From: Azolla caroliniana
Lineage: Eukaryota > Plantae > Polypodiophyta
DNA: 64,000 bases
Direction of reading: 5' to 3'
Assembly (NCBI GenBank): GCA_043228905.1
Contig: JBHGNT010000002.1
Span: 14,694,001-14,758,000 of the forward strand
Positions 61,256 through 64,000 of the stretch are shown one piece after another. Each line of letters begins with the position of its first letter. The stretch's first letter is position 1. Below the pieces are notes generated by a model, which worked only from the letters and a program-made list of their open reading frames with translations, searched no databases and was not told the DNA's origin. The position numbers and the translations under genes are program-made.

Positions 61256-64000
61256 TGTAAGGAATCAACCACACGATTAACCTTCTTCCCCTCGGCCACA
61301 ACCGAGTAAGCGCGAATCGATGCAGCAGAAAATAGGAACCACAAAGGGAAACAAAAACGCGAACACACAGGGATTAACGTGGAAAACCCTAGACGGGAAA
61401 AACCACGGGAGTACAAGACTCCAAACCAACACTATACAGAGAAGTATACAATGGCGAGCTGCAAGGCGACGACCTTGAGCTCGCTGTCCTCGCCACAGGC
61501 GGCGGAAATACACAGAGGCGTCGACCTCTTCCTCTCTCACGCTCTATCCCTCTCTCTCTCTCGCGGCTGCTCTCTCTTCACTCCTCTAGAGTGGAAAAAC
61601 AGAAAAAATGAGCAACAACACTAAAACCAATTGCCCTAAGTCATATTTATACATATATGACTTTGGGGCTATTTACAACTATAGCCTCAGGGGGTTCTTA
61701 GCAAACATATTCACGGATATGTCCCTGCATCCGGATCTCTCCCTGGGTACATTCGTCATCCGGCTCCGAAGCCGGGGTCTTCATCATCCGGTTCCGAAAC
61801 CGAAACCGGGCTCGTCGGCATTCATCTCCGACATCCGACCATCCCATCGAAGGGACCTTAATCCCAACAAACTCCCCCTTCACTTCGGCATGGGATGTCT
61901 CTCCAATCCGATCCTCTTCCGGCATGCTTCCAGCTTGTCGGGTGTGAGCACCTTGGTCAGCATATCCGACCCGTTCTCGTCCGTGTGGATCTTTGTCAGC
62001 ACGAACTCCTTGTCTTCTATCCTTTCCCGGATCCAGTGGTATCTACGCTGGATGTGTTTCGTCCGGGAATGGTAGGCCGCGTTCTTCGCAAGGTGGATGG
62101 CACTCTGACTGTCACAGTAGAGTCGGTACTCCTCCTGCTGGATACCGAGCTCTCTAATGAAGTCCTTCATCCATATTATTTCCTTACCGGCTTCAACAGC
62201 TGCCATGTACTCCGCCTCCGTGGTTGACAACGCAACCGTCTTCTGCAGCCTCGACTGCCACGAAACGGCTCCCCTTGCATACGTCATCACATACCCTGAT
62301 GTGGACCGGCTGGTATCTGCATCAGCCGACATATCCGAATCGGTGAAGCCGTCGAGTTCGGGCTCACCGGAGCCGAATCGGAGGCACACGTTTGCCGTGC
62401 CCTTCAGGTATCGGAGTATCCACTTGGCCGCATTCCAATGCTCTTTGCCGGGATTGCTCATGTACCGGCTCACCACTCCGACTGCATATCCGATGTCCGG
62501 TCTCGTACACACCATGGCGTACATCAAGCTTCCGACGGCTGAGGCATACGGTACTTTCATCATATCCTCCTTTTCAGCCTTTGTCTTGGGACTTTGCTTG
62601 CTGGACAGCTTGCAGTTTGCCGGGAGGGTCGATCCGACCGGTCTTGCTTCCGACATGTTAAACCGGTGAAGCACCTTCGTCACGTACTTCTCCTATGATA
62701 GCCACAACTGCTTCTTGCTCCGGTCCCGGATGATGTGCATCCCTAGTATTTGCCTCGCCGGACCCAAGTCCTTCATTGAGAAGGTTCGGTGAAGAGCCTT
62801 CTTCAGCATCCGTATCTTGACCTGGTCCCGTCCGACGATCAACATGTCGTCCACGTATAGGAGGAGTATCAGAGAGTCTCCTCCTTCGAACTTCTTCACA
62901 AACACGCAGTGGTCGGACTGCGTTTTGAGGTACCCTTCGTCGGTCATGAAGGAGTCGAACTTCCGGTACCATTGCCGGGGAGCCTGCTTCAGTCCGTAAA
63001 GGCTCTTCTTCAACCGGCATACCAGGTGCTCCTTCCCTTTCTTCTCGAATCCTTCCGGTTGCTGCATGTAGATCTCTTCATCGAGGTCACCGTGAAGGAA
63101 TGTCGTCTTCACGTCCATCTGTTCTACCTCGAGGTCCATGCTTGCCGCTATGCTCAGCACCGTTCGGATGGAGGTCATCTTCACTACCGGGGCAAATATC
63201 TCGTCGAAGTCCACACCCTTCTTCTGCTGGAACCCCTTCACCACGATCCTGGCTTTGTATCTCGGGGGGTTTCCGGCATCTCCCGGTTTCAGCTTGAACA
63301 CCCACTTGTTTCGAAGTGCCCGCTTTCCTTTCGGCAACTCCACAAGTTCATATGTGTGGTTCTCATGCAGGGAATCCATCTCGTCCTGCATGGCACTCAA
63401 CCACCTGCGGCTCTGGGTGTCATGCTTTGCTTCTTCAAAGCTCTCCGGCTCCCCCTCGTCGGTTAGCAACACGTGCTCTGGTTCCGGGAATCTCCGGGGG
63501 GGCCTTCTCTCTCTTAGAGGGTATCTCCGTTCCGGAGCTTCGGTAACCGGTTCTTCCGATTCTTCTTCATCCGAATCCATTTCGGGATCGGGGCCGGTCC
63601 CGGTATCATTTTCATCTTCTTCGGCCGGTTCTGTTTCTTCACCGTCTTCGGCCGGATCCTCGAGTGCTAACCGGTCTTTTGCCGGTCGGGACTGCTCCTT
63701 GTAGAGTTGATCCTCACCGGTCGACTTGGAGCTCTTCATCTTCTTCTCCGACTCCCAGTCGGCGAGTGTCTTGTCCTCCATGAAGATGATATCTCGACTC
63801 CTGAATATCTTCTTGTCGACCGGGTCCCATACTCGGTAGCCGAACTCATCGTCGCCGTAACCGAGGAATATGCATGGCCGGGTCTTTGGATCTAGCTTTC
63901 CTCTCCGGTCCTTTGCCACATGCACGTATGCGAGACACCCGAACACCTTCAGGTGCCGGTAGGACACTTCCTTACCGGTCCACACTTTCTGCGGCGTGTC
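61256..64000 (-). mobile_element. Young copia element, 3' part (3' LTR 61256-61869, PPT, RT/RNase H); continues right of window
   Basis: TGTAAGG...CCCAACA then AACTCCCCCT; pol ORFs 62693-63985 and 61880-62683 are in one frame, separated by a single TAG. Confidence 0.93.
61880..63985 (-). pseudogene. Copia pol (integrase end, RT, RNase H) with one premature stop at 62693-62695
   Basis: KLDPKTRPCIFLGY, QMDVKTTFLHGDL, YVDDM, STTEAEY, HSRTKHI. Confidence 0.93.

Larger units (their letters stand above)
45219..64000 (-). mobile_element. Large Sola2-like DNA transposon (left end GGGGTGAAAGC; right end beyond window) with a transposase and a convergent cargo gene
   Basis: Copia colinearity breaks abruptly at AAAGC|GGGG; transposase motifs DFVENY, QNEVQSMHW, WSDGAASQFK, GHGKGQHDG; second TIR and TSD not visible. 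Confidence 0.65.

Noticed and set aside
62157-63704. Long plus-strand ORFs antisense to copia pol
   Set aside because: Shadow ORFs expected opposite a GC-rich coding strand.

Overview
Gene-free, deeply nested transposable-element landscape from a land-plant nuclear genome. The mix of a Tcn1-like chromovirus and a Sola-type DNA transposon suggests a seed-free plant such as a fern (inference). I find no host gene, RNA gene or CRISPR array. The window holds at least seven Ty1/copia copies, three well-delimited Ty3/gypsy elements plus relics, several solo LTRs, one young 5'-truncated L1 LINE with an intact ORF2, and a large intron-containing Sola2-like DNA transposon. The three gypsy elements are a gag-only element with a tRNA-Trp PBS, a self-priming chromovirus with heat-shock elements in its LTR, and a non-chromovirus with an extra 3' ORF. 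Nesting reaches about six levels and is supported by target-site duplications. Two observations stand out. (1) The gypsy element at 25738-40119 has no polypurine tract; in its place is a bipartite copy of a tRNA-Arg 3' half ending in CCA, so both internal ends carry an inward-facing tRNA primer-binding site, suggesting tRNA-primed plus-strand synthesis. (2) The Sola2-like transposon carries a spliced, convergent cargo gene encoding a coiled coil plus a perfect RING-H2 finger that the ORF track does not show. Family assignments and tRNA identities come from motif recall and need database confirmation.
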